A DNA stretch of 64,000 nt from Candidatus Sericytochromatia bacterium (GTDB taxonomy: Bacteria > Cyanobacteriota > Sericytochromatia > S15B-MN24 > JAQBPE01): NCBI GenBank assembly GCA_040400605.1, contig JBBAPZ010000002.1:33476-97475 (forward strand), given 5' to 3'. A program made the translations under genes and the position numbers. Under the pieces are notes generated by a model, which saw nothing but the letters and a program-made list of their open reading frames with translations, did no database searches and was not told where the DNA came from. Numbering within the stretch: the stretch's first letter is position 1; the number at the start of each line of letters is the position of its first letter. Below, in pieces: positions 49,601 through 58,787 of this stretch.

Positions 49601-50265
49601 GCGGAGCTTGGCGCCTCGAAGCGCGCTCGGCGCTTGCGCGACTGGCGCGTGACCAGGCCGGGACGAGTCTGTCACCGGCTGTCAGTGTGCTGGCCGGGTG
49701 GCAGGCCGAGGGCTTGCAGGTGTCACTTGATGCACAGGATCAGCGCTGGGAGGAACTCAACGGGACAATGCAGCTTGGCGGACGGGAACGATCCGTTGCT
49801 GCGAGCGCACGTTGGCAGGCCAGAGATACTGTTACTGTGGGGGCGCGGGGCGCAATCGGTCAGCTGAGCGTCCCCAATGGTGTCAACGGCGATAGCACCG
49901 CGCTGGTTACGGATCTGCGCGTGCGGATTTCACCGACCTCACCGCTCACCATCTACCATGAGTTCAGACATCGGGGGTGGGGGGACGCTGGTGGTGCCTT
50001 GAACTTGCCCAAGCAGCTCAATGTTCAGACCTTGAGCGTGTCGCTGACGGAGCGCTTGGGAATGGCACAGGTCGAAATTCAGCCTGGTATGGCCTATGAT
50101 CATAGCGCGCAGACTTTTGGCGCGACGGCAGCTGGGAGTGTGAGCTGGGACCTGACGCCAGATACGTCGCTCGCCGTCTACGTCAACTGGGGTTCACGAG
50201 CACTGAATATCGGCGCGGCCGGTGATTACCTGCAATCCCAAGTGACGCTCGCTTGCAGGCTCTGA
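46684..50265 (+). CDS. PelB-like TPR scaffold with a C-terminal outer-membrane beta-barrel
   Basis: About 900 aa of TPR-like helices followed by amphipathic beta-strands; last gene of the pel operon. Confidence 0.72.
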   Translation: MVRGPWGIGLLGGLLVGVATIALIPSRVNLAEAESHARNPRVVLAALETLHMQRPSMASAKRLAVAYGKNGEQARAIRVLQEAGGDLPLPASERRLVRRLALAARNPGLALPSFARAARAGDPQAHKEFTELALWARRPELALAGERAWLARQPMDRQTLVRVRDLALATGHRAEAIACQRQIVQLDDGPDALQRLVSLHLAGNDPWGALCDMVRIHPPNTVALHDQAARLANWAGKHAEAREYAWAAYLLAPDATRAQAILAGLGTDRSPKMVARVLRLAADAPGDRTFRKSLREWLRARKQAQVAGQLLDEDVARYPDDYRLHQEKLTTLLAHRALDGAIVELTRYLGVRPGNRAVQLKLAQVLAFRGQTAAAWQRYAAVLGTDTRATLAERQAWLAVSGPADDWHPAGLGNLEALVRLSPQSADYRRRLARAHADAGNHSAAIAHQRQLLRSAQATAQDRITLVRWLMWENKLAEATQRVIAIRTPVPEDILKTLAQRAASRENWDDCSTLLTALIRQRPQDSLAHELLALALEARGELAQAASVWQRRLQLGKADSDRWLLAAGLFSRSDRPEQALALLRAMPEVPTPAVWRTRGFLAFKLAHFEEAVEAFEHVRKQTPGDADLLLTLALANDKCDRLVAAQQLREDALALRPNDLDLLTTVAAFYVYGAHPEQGAAYVTRLVEANPREVQAIRVVADFYQARDSAAARRWLDELHHASSGDAQTWFRRAGLEDGPEGAFAVQAYAKAVTLAEQSQSRLDREAGAWSLERLDRMADAEKTWRQIALDFPQDATAFARLARFHLARGELEGADVPLAVLERLEPTSPDTLILMADRLKQGKRAAEAADLLAQVPDDDSQIAYVKAAEAMARHAAGQFAAARGVAKRNLTERPGSNDAGEAYRLVREDAGWALKFDGQIEQYAGLDRQQMAVQAWNHLNDTIRVETRLQHAQWASGTVRTEQGEVALQVHRGAWRLEARSALARLARDQAGTSLSPAVSVLAGWQAEGLQVSLDAQDQRWEELNGTMQLGGRERSVAASARWQARDTVTVGARGAIGQLSVPNGVNGDSTALVTDLRVRISPTSPLTIYHEFRHRGWGDAGGALNLPKQLNVQTLSVSLTERLGMAQVEIQPGMAYDHSAQTFGATAAGSVSWDLTPDTSLAVYVNWGSRALNIGAAGDYLQSQVTLACRL

Positions 50266-50518
50266 CTTACGCAGGCTCACCGAACGCGTACTTTTGCGGA
50301 ACAACCGCCTGGGTTTGAACACCAATCAATATCGGCCTGAATGAAGGCTGGCTTCGCAAGAAGCGAAGGGCCGTTCCGAACAGATGGTTCCCATCAGCTT
50401 GTGCAACGCAGGAGCATTGAATCTGCGAATCGCGTCCGGTGGCGGTGACCGTGCTGAATTAAGGGGAAGGGTTATCCGGTGGCTGTTTTTGACTGCCTCG
50501 GGGCAAGTGATGCCATTC

Positions 50519-50548
50519 GTGACAAACGCACCGTCTGACGGCTATAAT
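50519..50548 (+). promoter_or_regulatory. Sigma70-type promoter for tatA-uvrB
   Basis: GTGACA-N18-TATAAT, about 35 nt upstream of tatA. Confidence 0.6.
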
Positions 50549-50582
50549 GGTTGCCCTGAAGTCTCAGAAGGAGAGCCGCGCC

Positions 50583-50792
50583 GTGCCGATTGGGATACCC
50601 GAACTGGTCGTGATTCTGCTGATTGCCCTCGTGGTGTTCGGGCCGAAGAAGATTCCTGAAATCGCCCATTCGCTGGGGCGCAGCTTGAATGAGTTCAAGC
50701 GCGGGACGCGGGAGATTGAAGCGAACGTGGCGCGTGAGTTGAAGGCGGGCGAAGCGGAAGAGGCGAATCCGTCGCGTGAAGCCAGTCGCTGA
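50583..50792 (+). CDS. tatA: Twin-arginine translocase TatA
   Basis: IGIPELVVILLIALVVFGPKKIPEIAHSLGRSLNEFK; GTG after AAGGAG. Confidence 0.93.
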   Translation: MPIGIPELVVILLIALVVFGPKKIPEIAHSLGRSLNEFKRGTREIEANVARELKAGEAEEANPSREASR

Positions 50793-50819
50793 TGGCGTGT
50801 TTGGCGCACCCGACGGGGC

Positions 50820-52805
50820 TTGGCTAGCGTGGGTCATTTTGAGGTGGTGGCGCCGTACGCGCCGTCTGGGGATCAGCCGCAGGCCATTGAGTCGTTGTGT
50901 GCGGGCATTCATGCTGGGGAGAGCCCTCTGACGTTGTTGGGTGTCACGGGCAGTGGCAAGACCTTCACGGTCGCCAAGGCGATCGAGCGGCTGAACCGGC
51001 CCACGTTGGTGCTGGCGCACAACAAGACCCTGGCGGCGCAGTTGTGCAACGAGTTGCGGGAGTTTTTTCCGCACAACGCGGTGGAGTACTTTATCAGTTA
51101 TTACGATTATTATCAGCCCGAGGCGTATGTGCCGCGGACAGATACGTATATCGAGAAGTCAGCGTCGATCAACGACGAGATTGACCGCTTGCGACACGCT
51201 GCGACGCGATCGCTCCTCGAACGCCGCGATGTGGTGGTCGTTGCCTCGGTGAGTTGCATTTACGGCCTTGGCATGCCCCAAACCTACCTCGAAGCCCGCA
51301 CGGAATTGCGGCTGGGTGAATCGGTGCGCCAGGATGACTTGTTGCGGCAGTTGATTCATTCGCAATACGAACGCAATGATGTTGAACTGATGCGCGGGCG
51401 CTTTCGGGTGCGCGGGGATGTTTTGGAAGTGGTTCCCGCGTATGAGGACAATGTGTTTCGGGTGGAGTTTTTCGGCGATGAGGTGGAACGCATTGTTGAG
51501 ATCGAGGCAGTGACGGGTCAGGTGTTGTCGAGCCGGGAGGCGTTGTTCATTTACCCGGCCAAACACTTTGTGACGCCGCCGGATGAGATTGAGCGGGCGT
51601 GTCTGGAGATTGAAGCCGAGTTGCGGGAACGTGTGGCGTATTATGAGGGGTTGAATCGCGCGCTTGAAGCGCAGCGGATTGCCCAGCGGACACGTTATGA
51701 CCTGGAGATGTTGCGCGAGGTGGGCTATTGCAACGGGGTTGAGAATTACTCGCGCATTTTGGCGAATCGGGAACCGGGGAGTGCGCCTTCGACACTGCTG
51801 GATTATTTTCCAGATGATTTTTTGCTGGTGATTGATGAGAGTCATGTGTCCTTGCCGCAGTTGCAAGGGATGTATCACGGCGATCGCTCGCGCAAAGAGG
51901 TGTTGGTTGAGCACGGGTTTCGCTTGCCCTCGGCGTTTGATAACCGGCCTTTGCGGGTGGAGGAGTTTTGGGAGCGGGTGGGGCAGACGATTTTTGTGTC
52001 GGCAACGCCTGGTGATGCGGAGGTCCAGCGGTCGAGCCGGATTGTTGAGCAGATCATTCGCCCAACCGGACTGGTAGATCCCATGATTGATGTGCGACCG
52101 ATCGCGGGGCAGGTGGATGACTTGCTGGATGAGATCAAGACGCGGGTGAAACGGCAGCAACGGGTGCTGGTGACGACCTTGACCAAGCGGATGGCTGAGG
52201 ATTTGACCGAGTATTTTTCGGAGTTGGGGATCCGGATCAAGTATTTGCACTCGGATATACAGTCGCTTGAGCGCGTGGAGATTTTACAGGCGTTGCGGGC
52301 GGGGGCCTTTGATGTTTTGGTGGGGGTGAATCTGTTGCGAGAAGGGCTGGATTTGCCCGAGGTGTCTTTGGTTGCCATTATGGATGCGGATAAAGAGGGG
52401 TTTTTGCGTGCGACGCGATCACTTATCCAGATGATCGGGCGTGCGGCCAGGCACCCTGAGGGTCGGGTGATTATGTACGCGGATCGTCTAACTGATTCGA
52501 TGATCAGGGCTTTGGATGAAACGGATCGGCGACGAAGCAGACAATTGGCGTATAATGAAGCGCACGGCATCACCCCGCAGGCGATCGTCAAGTCGGGGCG
52601 GAACCGTTTGCTTGAAAGCCTGGGTGTCAAGTCTCACGAGACGGTTGTGGAGGCGGCAGTCGCGAACGTCGCGCCTGAAGCGCGTGAAGATGTGCTGAGG
52701 GAATGGGAGGCTCACATGCGAAAGGCGGCTGCTGAACTGGATTTTGAGACAGCGGCATTGTGGCGTGATCGCATCAAGACGCTCAAGGAGGGTGTGCGCA
52801 CGTGA
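50820..52805 (+). CDS. uvrB: Excinuclease ABC subunit B
   Basis: [37 protein letters not shown]-terminus. Confidence 0.97.
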   Translation: MASVGHFEVVAPYAPSGDQPQAIESLCAGIHAGESPLTLLGVTGSGKTFTVAKAIERLNRPTLVLAHNKTLAAQLCNELREFFPHNAVEYFISYYDYYQPEAYVPRTDTYIEKSASINDEIDRLRHAATRSLLERRDVVVVASVSCIYGLGMPQTYLEARTELRLGESVRQDDLLRQLIHSQYERNDVELMRGRFRVRGDVLEVVPAYEDNVFRVEFFGDEVERIVEIEAVTGQVLSSREALFIYPAKHFVTPPDEIERACLEIEAELRERVAYYEGLNRALEAQRIAQRTRYDLEMLREVGYCNGVENYSRILANREPGSAPSTLLDYFPDDFLLVIDESHVSLPQLQGMYHGDRSRKEVLVEHGFRLPSAFDNRPLRVEEFWERVGQTIFVSATPGDAEVQRSSRIVEQIIRPTGLVDPMIDVRPIAGQVDDLLDEIKTRVKRQQRVLVTTLTKRMAEDLTEYFSELGIRIKYLHSDIQSLERVEILQALRAGAFDVLVGVNLLREGLDLPEVSLVAIMDADKEGFLRATRSLIQMIGRAARHPEGRVIMYADRLTDSMIRALDETDRRRSRQLAYNEAHGITPQAIVKSGRNRLLESLGVKSHETVVEAAVANVAPEAREDVLREWEAHMRKAAAELDFETAALWRDRIKTLKEGVRT

Positions 52806-52812
52806 TGGTTGA

Positions 52813-55659
52813 TTGCCCCACTCCACAGATTTTGATAAAGAAACGCTGATGGCTGAACTGCGCACACACCGAGAATTGGTTGAAAAGAGCGAGACGTCTT
52901 TGGTCAGTGCTTTGATTGGCCTGCCATCGCATTATACGGTTTTGCCGCATTTGATTTTGCCGCGGCAGGAGTGGCGGCAAGAGCCGGATGACATCGATGC
53001 GGTGGTGATAGGCCCAAGTGGGGTGTTTTTGATCGATTACAAGGATTGGCATGGTGCCATCACGATTCAGGAACGTGGGCCTTGGCGTCATAATTTTGTT
53101 GCCGGCGGCTTTGATGAACGCGCCAATCCATTGCCGCACTTACATGAAAAAGCGCGCTGTCTCGCGCAATTTTTGGCGAGTTGTGGCCACGGTGATCTCT
53201 TGATTCGGGTGGCTTTGGTGTTTCCGGAGCGATCAACCTTTGCTGGGTTGGCGGGGGCTGATGTTTCCGGGGTTCCGTTGATGCATTTGAACGAAGTCAA
53301 TCAGCATATCGCGCGAATGGGAGCAGTCGCCTGGATGAACCCGGATATTCAATTGTCCATCGCGGAGCATTTGCGTCCCAATTCGCCACGTCGTTTGGTC
53401 AATCAGTATCAATTGACAAGCCTGCTGTCTCGTAGCGAAGGCAAATCGACCTATTTGGCGTATGATACGGTGCTTGCGCGTCCGGTTTTGTTGCAGGAGT
53501 TGAGTTATGACCCATATCAGGCGCCGGCGCAATTGGAGCGGGTGCGCAACGAGTTGCTGCGTGAGGCGAAACTGACCATGCAGTTGCGGCATCGCCACAT
53601 TGTCAATGTGGAGCATGTCTTGCCGCGGGATGATTGTTATTACGTGGTGACGGAGTGGATCGATCAGTGTCAGACACTGGCAGAGCGTGTGCGAGCCCAA
53701 GTGGGGCAGGCGATGCCTATTTCTGAGGTGGTGTCGGTTGTGGAAGCGATCGCGGAAGCCTTGGAATACGCGCACAGTCACGGCATTGTGCACCGGGACA
53801 TCCGTCCGGAAAACATTTTGGTGGCGCCCAGTGGCGTGGTCAAGGTCGCCAATTTCGGTTTGGCCAAAAAAGCGGATCTCGCGACACTGTCAACCTTTGA
53901 CCTTCGACAGATGGCCCAAGAAAATCCTTTTGTGGCGCCTGAGTTTCGTATCGGCGCGGCAGGACACCATCGGGTGGATCAACGTGCAGACATCTACAGC
54001 CTCGGAGCAATTCTATACCAATTGCTGACCGGGCACATTCCCCATCACCTTGACGAACAGTATTTTGAACCACCCAGTCGTCTCAACCCGGCAGTCACCC
54101 CGGAACTTGACGAGGTTGTGGAAAAAGCCTTGCGATTTGATCCGGCACAACGTTTTTCAACCGTTCATGCGTTTAAGGAACGCTTGGTTCATTACCGAGA
54201 TCCCCGCAGTTCGGAGGCCTTGCGTTACATTCAGCGCAAGCTGGTCAAACGGACGCGCAATTCGCTTGTCTACCAGGCGTTTGATACCAAGTTACAACGG
54301 CAGGTCGGCCTCAAAAAGTTGCTGCTCAATCCGCATTTGAGTGAAGCGGAGCGCCAGGTGCAGCTCAGCCAGTTGTTGCGTGAGGCACAGCTCGCGAGTT
54401 CCCTGGTTCATCCACACATCGTGTCGGTTTTTGACCACTTCCTGGAAGACGGAGACGGCTATATCGTTATGGAGTGGCTAGAAGGACTCAATTTACGTGA
54501 AGCCCTCGACAGCAAGGTTCGTTTGACGCTGCCCCAGATCAAACAACTGGCGAGCCAAGTCAGTGAGGCCTTGCAGTACGCGCACAGTCAAGGGGTCGTC
54601 CATCGTGACATCAAGCCCGAGAACATTATTTTTCACGAGGGCCAGGCGACTGTGCTCGATTTCGGTATCGCGCATACCCTGGACCGTACACAGCCAGCCG
54701 ACATACAAAAGACGGCAGGGACGGCGCGGTATATGGCCCCTGAAGTCCTGGCAGGCGCAACGGTGGATGTGCGAGCGGATATCTTCAGCCTGGGGGTGGT
54801 TCTGTACGAATTGCTGACCGGTCAATATCCCTACGAAGCGAGTGTGATTATGGCCCGCTATACAGCGGTGCTGCTCGCGCCGCCACCTGCACCGTCCGCT
54901 TTGAACATTGATTGTCCCACTGAGCTGGATGACGTCTTGGCGCGTGCGCTGCAGGTGGATCCGGAGCGCCGTTATCCCACTTTGGCGGATTTCAGGCGGG
55001 AGTTTTTGGCTTTGGAGCATCGGGTTCCCCATCGCCATCGCAGGGGCAATTGGGGTTACGGCACCCTTGTCTGGATTGCAGGCACGGTGTTTATCGTCTT
55101 TACGGGGCTTGGTGTCTGGATGACTCAGACCATCAAGTCACAGTTCAGCATGCCAACACAGCAATTGCCCGTGCTGCCGGTCGCGTCTGCGTCTGACATC
55201 GCCCCCATGGCCCTGGCCAGCGCGACGCCGACACAGGAACCCACCCCGTCACCCAGTGTGACCCCGAATGTTCCGGCTCGCTGGGAAAGTGCGCCGATCA
55301 CCGTCGACGGTGTTACCGTGGCAGTGGACAGCGTGGCGTGGCAGGATCGAAGCTGCCGTGTCACGCTGCGCGTCGACAACCAGAGCGCGGACACGATTCA
55401 ATTCCTGAATCGGAGCGATCGCCCGGAACTGTTCCGCTTGGTGGACAGCTTGGGGAATGACTACTCCAGCGCTTTGGAGCTCACAAGCGTTGATATCGGT
55501 CTTTTGATGATCGAAGCCCGGACACGGGTACGCGGCAGCTTTACCCTGAAGAGCCTGCCGGACGCCCGTGCGCAAAGCCTAACCCTCACGCTCAAGGAGT
55601 ACGAAGGCAAAGGGCGAAAATTTGATCTCAACGCACTGCCTGTCGCGGCACCCCGCTGA
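52813..55659 (+). CDS. NERD domain + tandem Ser/Thr kinase domains + TM + extracytoplasmic beta domain
   Basis: DIDAVVIGPSGVFLIDYK; kinase 1 HRDIRPEN/ANFG; kinase 2 HRDIKPEN/DFG/GTARYMAPE; TM and P/T-rich linker. Confidence 0.85.
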   Translation: MPHSTDFDKETLMAELRTHRELVEKSETSLVSALIGLPSHYTVLPHLILPRQEWRQEPDDIDAVVIGPSGVFLIDYKDWHGAITIQERGPWRHNFVAGGFDERANPLPHLHEKARCLAQFLASCGHGDLLIRVALVFPERSTFAGLAGADVSGVPLMHLNEVNQHIARMGAVAWMNPDIQLSIAEHLRPNSPRRLVNQYQLTSLLSRSEGKSTYLAYDTVLARPVLLQELSYDPYQAPAQLERVRNELLREAKLTMQLRHRHIVNVEHVLPRDDCYYVVTEWIDQCQTLAERVRAQVGQAMPISEVVSVVEAIAEALEYAHSHGIVHRDIRPENILVAPSGVVKVANFGLAKKADLATLSTFDLRQMAQENPFVAPEFRIGAAGHHRVDQRADIYSLGAILYQLLTGHIPHHLDEQYFEPPSRLNPAVTPELDEVVEKALRFDPAQRFSTVHAFKERLVHYRDPRSSEALRYIQRKLVKRTRNSLVYQAFDTKLQRQVGLKKLLLNPHLSEAERQVQLSQLLREAQLASSLVHPHIVSVFDHFLEDGDGYIVMEWLEGLNLREALDSKVRLTLPQIKQLASQVSEALQYAHSQGVVHRDIKPENIIFHEGQATVLDFGIAHTLDRTQPADIQKTAGTARYMAPEVLAGATVDVRADIFSLGVVLYELLTGQYPYEASVIMARYTAVLLAPPPAPSALNIDCPTELDDVLARALQVDPERRYPTLADFRREFLALEHRVPHRHRRGNWGYGTLVWIAGTVFIVFTGLGVWMTQTIKSQFSMPTQQLPVLPVASASDIAPMALASATPTQEPTPSPSVTPNVPARWESAPITVDGVTVAVDSVAWQDRSCRVTLRVDNQSADTIQFLNRSDRPELFRLVDSLGNDYSSALELTSVDIGLLMIEARTRVRGSFTLKSLPDARAQSLTLTLKEYEGKGRKFDLNALPVAAPR

Positions 55660-55664
55660 ACGCA

Positions 55665-56591
55665 TCAATGACCCAAACGCTCATTGGCAAGCCAAACATA
55701 ACCGGCCGTATTGATGTTCGTCACGATTTGCTCTCGCGTGAACAGGCGCTGTACCCGCGTGTTACTTGCCGTACTAAAAAAACGCATACACAGATGTCCG
55801 CGTTCCAACAACGCACGCTGGGCCGCCTGAACCAACACGCGTGATAACCCACGCCCTTGCCAAGTCCGTGCGACCGCCAACTCGCAAAGCGTCGCTGTTC
55901 CGTCTTGCAGCCCCAACAAAACGGCCGCCACGATATCAGCCCCGGCTTGCAGCACAAAGGACGCATCGGGCATCAGCGCATGGGGGTCTCCTCGGAGTAA
56001 ACGTTGCCAGGCCTGTTCACAGTGCTTGCGTGTTGGCGGCGCCGGTGCTGTCCAGAATAACCCATCCAGCGTGCCAATGTTAACGTCTGCGATCAAATGA
56101 CCCACCGCGGGCGCATCGTCTGGATCCCACGCGCGCAATCGCAGGTTCTCCGGCAAACATGGCGCCGTGAACGGAGCAAGCCGTGTCAGATCCTGTAAGA
56201 ACGTTTGGCGCATATATGGGATGAAGCCGAGATTGGCACCAGTGGGTGCGGCCAGCGGCACGGCCTCAGTGTCCCAACTGACGGCGAGCGAGCGTGCTTG
56301 CAGCGCTTTAAGGATCGCCTCAGCGCTTGCATGGTCCAACACGCCCACCATCAGACAAATGATTCGATGACCCTCATGCACCTCCACGAGCAGACCGCCT
56401 GCGCGGGCTGGATCCTGCCCCACTGCTTCAAACTCGAGGCTGCCATTTTCCACGGCACCTCGCACGTAGTCAAACCAACTGCACCCCGACACGGAATGCC
56501 CGGCGCGGATAACCGCACGTTCAACCAAGACGCGCCAATCGTCTGAAAATTCGGCGAGGCTGAGCGTGCGGGTGCATCGATCGGCACTCAA
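55665..56591 (-). CDS. GNAT-family acetyltransferase
   Basis: LAVARTWQGRGLSR motif A, SNTRVQRLF. Confidence 0.75.
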   Translation of the reverse strand: MSADRCTRTLSLAEFSDDWRVLVERAVIRAGHSVSGCSWFDYVRGAVENGSLEFEAVGQDPARAGGLLVEVHEGHRIICLMVGVLDHASAEAILKALQARSLAVSWDTEAVPLAAPTGANLGFIPYMRQTFLQDLTRLAPFTAPCLPENLRLRAWDPDDAPAVGHLIADVNIGTLDGLFWTAPAPPTRKHCEQAWQRLLRGDPHALMPDASFVLQAGADIVAAVLLGLQDGTATLCELAVARTWQGRGLSRVLVQAAQRALLERGHLCMRFFSTASNTRVQRLFTREQIVTNINTAGYVWLANERLGH

Positions 56592-57454
56592 GTTTCCGTT
56601 CCGAATGGCGGCTCGCTTGGGATTCCTGAACCCTCGATGGGAAAATGTTGGGCGAGAGCCGGCATGTCGGCGACGCGCTGCGCCAGGTTCATCAAGACAC
56701 TGAGCTTGCCATTCAGCAAGGCCCAGTCACGATCGGCCAGACGTACGCTTTTGACTTCCGGTGGCAAGACATCGAAATCGTGCACGCTTGAGACGGCCCA
56801 ATCCATCAAGGCTTGGGCTTCTTGCACATCGCTGGCCAATTTGCCGACCAGTACCATCAAATCCTTGTTTTGGGCCATCTGCCGCTGCAGTTCTCGCGCT
56901 TTGTTCGCTTGAAGCGCGTCCAATTCGCCCGCCGCCTCCAATGCCCGCTCGTTGAAATGCACCCGCAACAACAAATCAAGGGCCAGGCGCTGCCGAAACC
57001 AGTGGTACCGTAACATTGCGACATCCAGTCTGGCGCGCGCCTCGATGTAGCGCAAGTCTTCATGGGCCGCTTGATACGCTCCCGACACGTTGATGGCTTG
57101 ATCCTGCGTCAGTTCCGGAATGGCATTAAAAAATTCAAGATTCTGTTGATGAACATCCGCCAGTATCTGGTTGGCTTTTTCCATCTCGGCATAGACATCA
57201 ATCAATAACCCCAGACGTGTATGCATCTCTTGCACCTCGCCCGTTTGTTCCGCCAAGCCCAAACGTGAGTGCAAATCAGCAGTGGTGCTACGCTCGCCTT
57301 GTGCAAACTGGATTCGCCCTTTGGCTGCCGCAAGCTGCCGTTCGACCGTTTGGATTGCCTCCGCCCGTGCCGCGGTCAACTCCTGACGCACCGCGTCGAA
57401 TTTTTCTGGCGTCAAAACTCCCTCTGGCGATTGTGACCCTTCAGACGGCCCCAT
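56588..57454 (-). CDS. Hypothetical coiled-coil protein
   Basis: Helical heptad-rich ORF with GGAGG SD; overlaps the GNAT start. Confidence 0.7.
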   Translation of the reverse strand: MGPSEGSQSPEGVLTPEKFDAVRQELTAARAEAIQTVERQLAAAKGRIQFAQGERSTTADLHSRLGLAEQTGEVQEMHTRLGLLIDVYAEMEKANQILADVHQQNLEFFNAIPELTQDQAINVSGAYQAAHEDLRYIEARARLDVAMLRYHWFRQRLALDLLLRVHFNERALEAAGELDALQANKARELQRQMAQNKDLMVLVGKLASDVQEAQALMDWAVSSVHDFDVLPPEVKSVRLADRDWALLNGKLSVLMNLAQRVADMPALAQHFPIEGSGIPSEPPFGTET

Positions 57455-57508
57455 GATCCGTACCTCCCCACCTTAACAATCCACCTTGTACCACACGCTC
57501 CCCCTGTT

Positions 57509-57533
57509 ATTCCCAAATGTTTCAGCATCAAAC
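57509..57533 (-). promoter_or_regulatory. Candidate SigB/SigF-type promoter (GTTTGA-N13-GGGAAT)
   Basis: About 55 nt upstream of the ORF starting at 57454. Confidence 0.5.
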
Positions 57534-57563
57534 AAATAAGACTCCCGTCAGTGCGGGAGTCTT
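57529..57563 (-). terminator. Intrinsic terminator after ORF 57637-58086
   Basis: AAGACTCCCG-cactga-CGGGAGTCTT then ATTTGTTTG on the minus strand. Confidence 0.75.
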
Positions 57564-57636
57564 GACCAGGACCTGGAGTTGTTCGACTCGTGGCTCAACC
57601 CCTCAGACCACATGCCAATTGCGCGCAGTGACGCGT

Positions 57637-58086
57637 TCAGCAAACGAGCCCGGGCACAGTCCCTGACGCGGGCACCGTCGTCAACGGGTCTGAGGCGATC
57701 GTTGACGGCTGATTGGCCAAGCCGGTAGGGAGGTCACCGGTACCTTTTCTGGACAAGCCAGGAGGGAGGTCACCCGTGCCTTTTTTGCCCCGACCACGGG
57801 ACAGTTTGCCTGTGCCTTTTTTGGAATTGTGGTGGGATGGTAGTAGTGCCTGAGCGGTTTGTTGGTCCGCCGCCGCAACCGTTTGCGTGACCAGGATCTT
57901 GACATCCTGTCGCTGATCTTCCGCAATACCCTGGGTCATGTTCGCGACCGTAGTGGTCACGGTTTGGGTCACTTTAACCCCGTTGTTCACGGCCGTACCC
58001 AAGCCTCCCGCGGCCGCATCCACGACGGGCGCCACTTGTTGCAGAATTTGCCCGAGACCGGCAAACATGTTGCCCAAACCAAACAT
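57637..58086 (-). CDS. Hypothetical protein with three KGTG(K/D)L repeats
   Basis: GAGGAGG SD and its own terminator; KGTGKL...KGTGDLPPGL...KGTGDLPTGL. Confidence 0.7.
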   Translation of the reverse strand: MFGLGNMFAGLGQILQQVAPVVDAAAGGLGTAVNNGVKVTQTVTTTVANMTQGIAEDQRQDVKILVTQTVAAADQQTAQALLPSHHNSKKGTGKLSRGRGKKGTGDLPPGLSRKGTGDLPTGLANQPSTIASDPLTTVPASGTVPGLVC

Positions 58087-58439
58087 CGGTCAATCCCTCC
58101 TCGGCGCAAGCCTGAACATTGATACAACGGATTCACGACCTGACTCATCGCTTCAGATGCGCGTGTCCTCTCCAATTGTTGGGCAAGCGCACTGAAAAGT
58201 GACCAGACTAAATAAAAACTTGAAATTGATTTAACAGACACAAAACGGATTGGCACGCCGTAGCGATCGGTGATGATGTCACGCGCCATCCATTAACCGC
58301 CAAGGGGGCTGCCACAGCTTGGCCGTGCTCTTGCGGCACCGTAGTCTTAAACAGAGACTCCGGCAGGTTCCTGTCGTGCTTGGGATGTGTTAATATCACA
58401 AAGTCAACCCCGGCGGTGGTGAGCGGAGGAGCCTTGGTC

Positions 58440-58787
58440 ATGCAACAGGGACACGGGTGGCGTTTGCGGTGTCTGAGGAGTGCGGTGGCCTATTCGGCTC
58501 AGGTGCACGTCCCGGCGCGTGGCATCGTTTTCGCGCGAGTGTTGAATTTGAGTACCAGTGGGTGTTTGTTGCATTTGTCAACGCCCGTCAGAGCTGATGA
58601 AACGATCCAGTTGACGCTACATCTCGCCCGTCACGGGCAGGTTCGGCTGGTTGCACGCGTCGTACGCGTCGTACAGTTGTGGGGTGGGCAGTACGGTGTG
58701 GGTTTGTGTTTTCAGAGTGTGAATGAAGCTGTCGCGGAGCGAATGATGACTCCTGTGTTGGCCGGTGCGGTATCGTATCGGGCTTGA
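58440..58787 (+). CDS. PilZ-domain protein
   Basis: NLSTSG motif, ARVVR, YGVGLCF; RxxxR motif degenerate. Confidence 0.72.
   Translation: MQQGHGWRLRCLRSAVAYSAQVHVPARGIVFARVLNLSTSGCLLHLSTPVRADETIQLTLHLARHGQVRLVARVVRVVQLWGGQYGVGLCFQSVNEAVAERMMTPVLAGAVSYRA

Noticed and set aside
50336..50372. CTGAATGA...GAAG as a hammerhead ribozyme core
   Set aside because: Does not match CUGANGA...GAAA, and the required stems are missing
52813..55659. Calling a complete BREX/Pgl defence system
   Set aside because: No pglX, pglY, pglZ or brx genes nearby, and the protein has a TM and an outer domain unlike PglW
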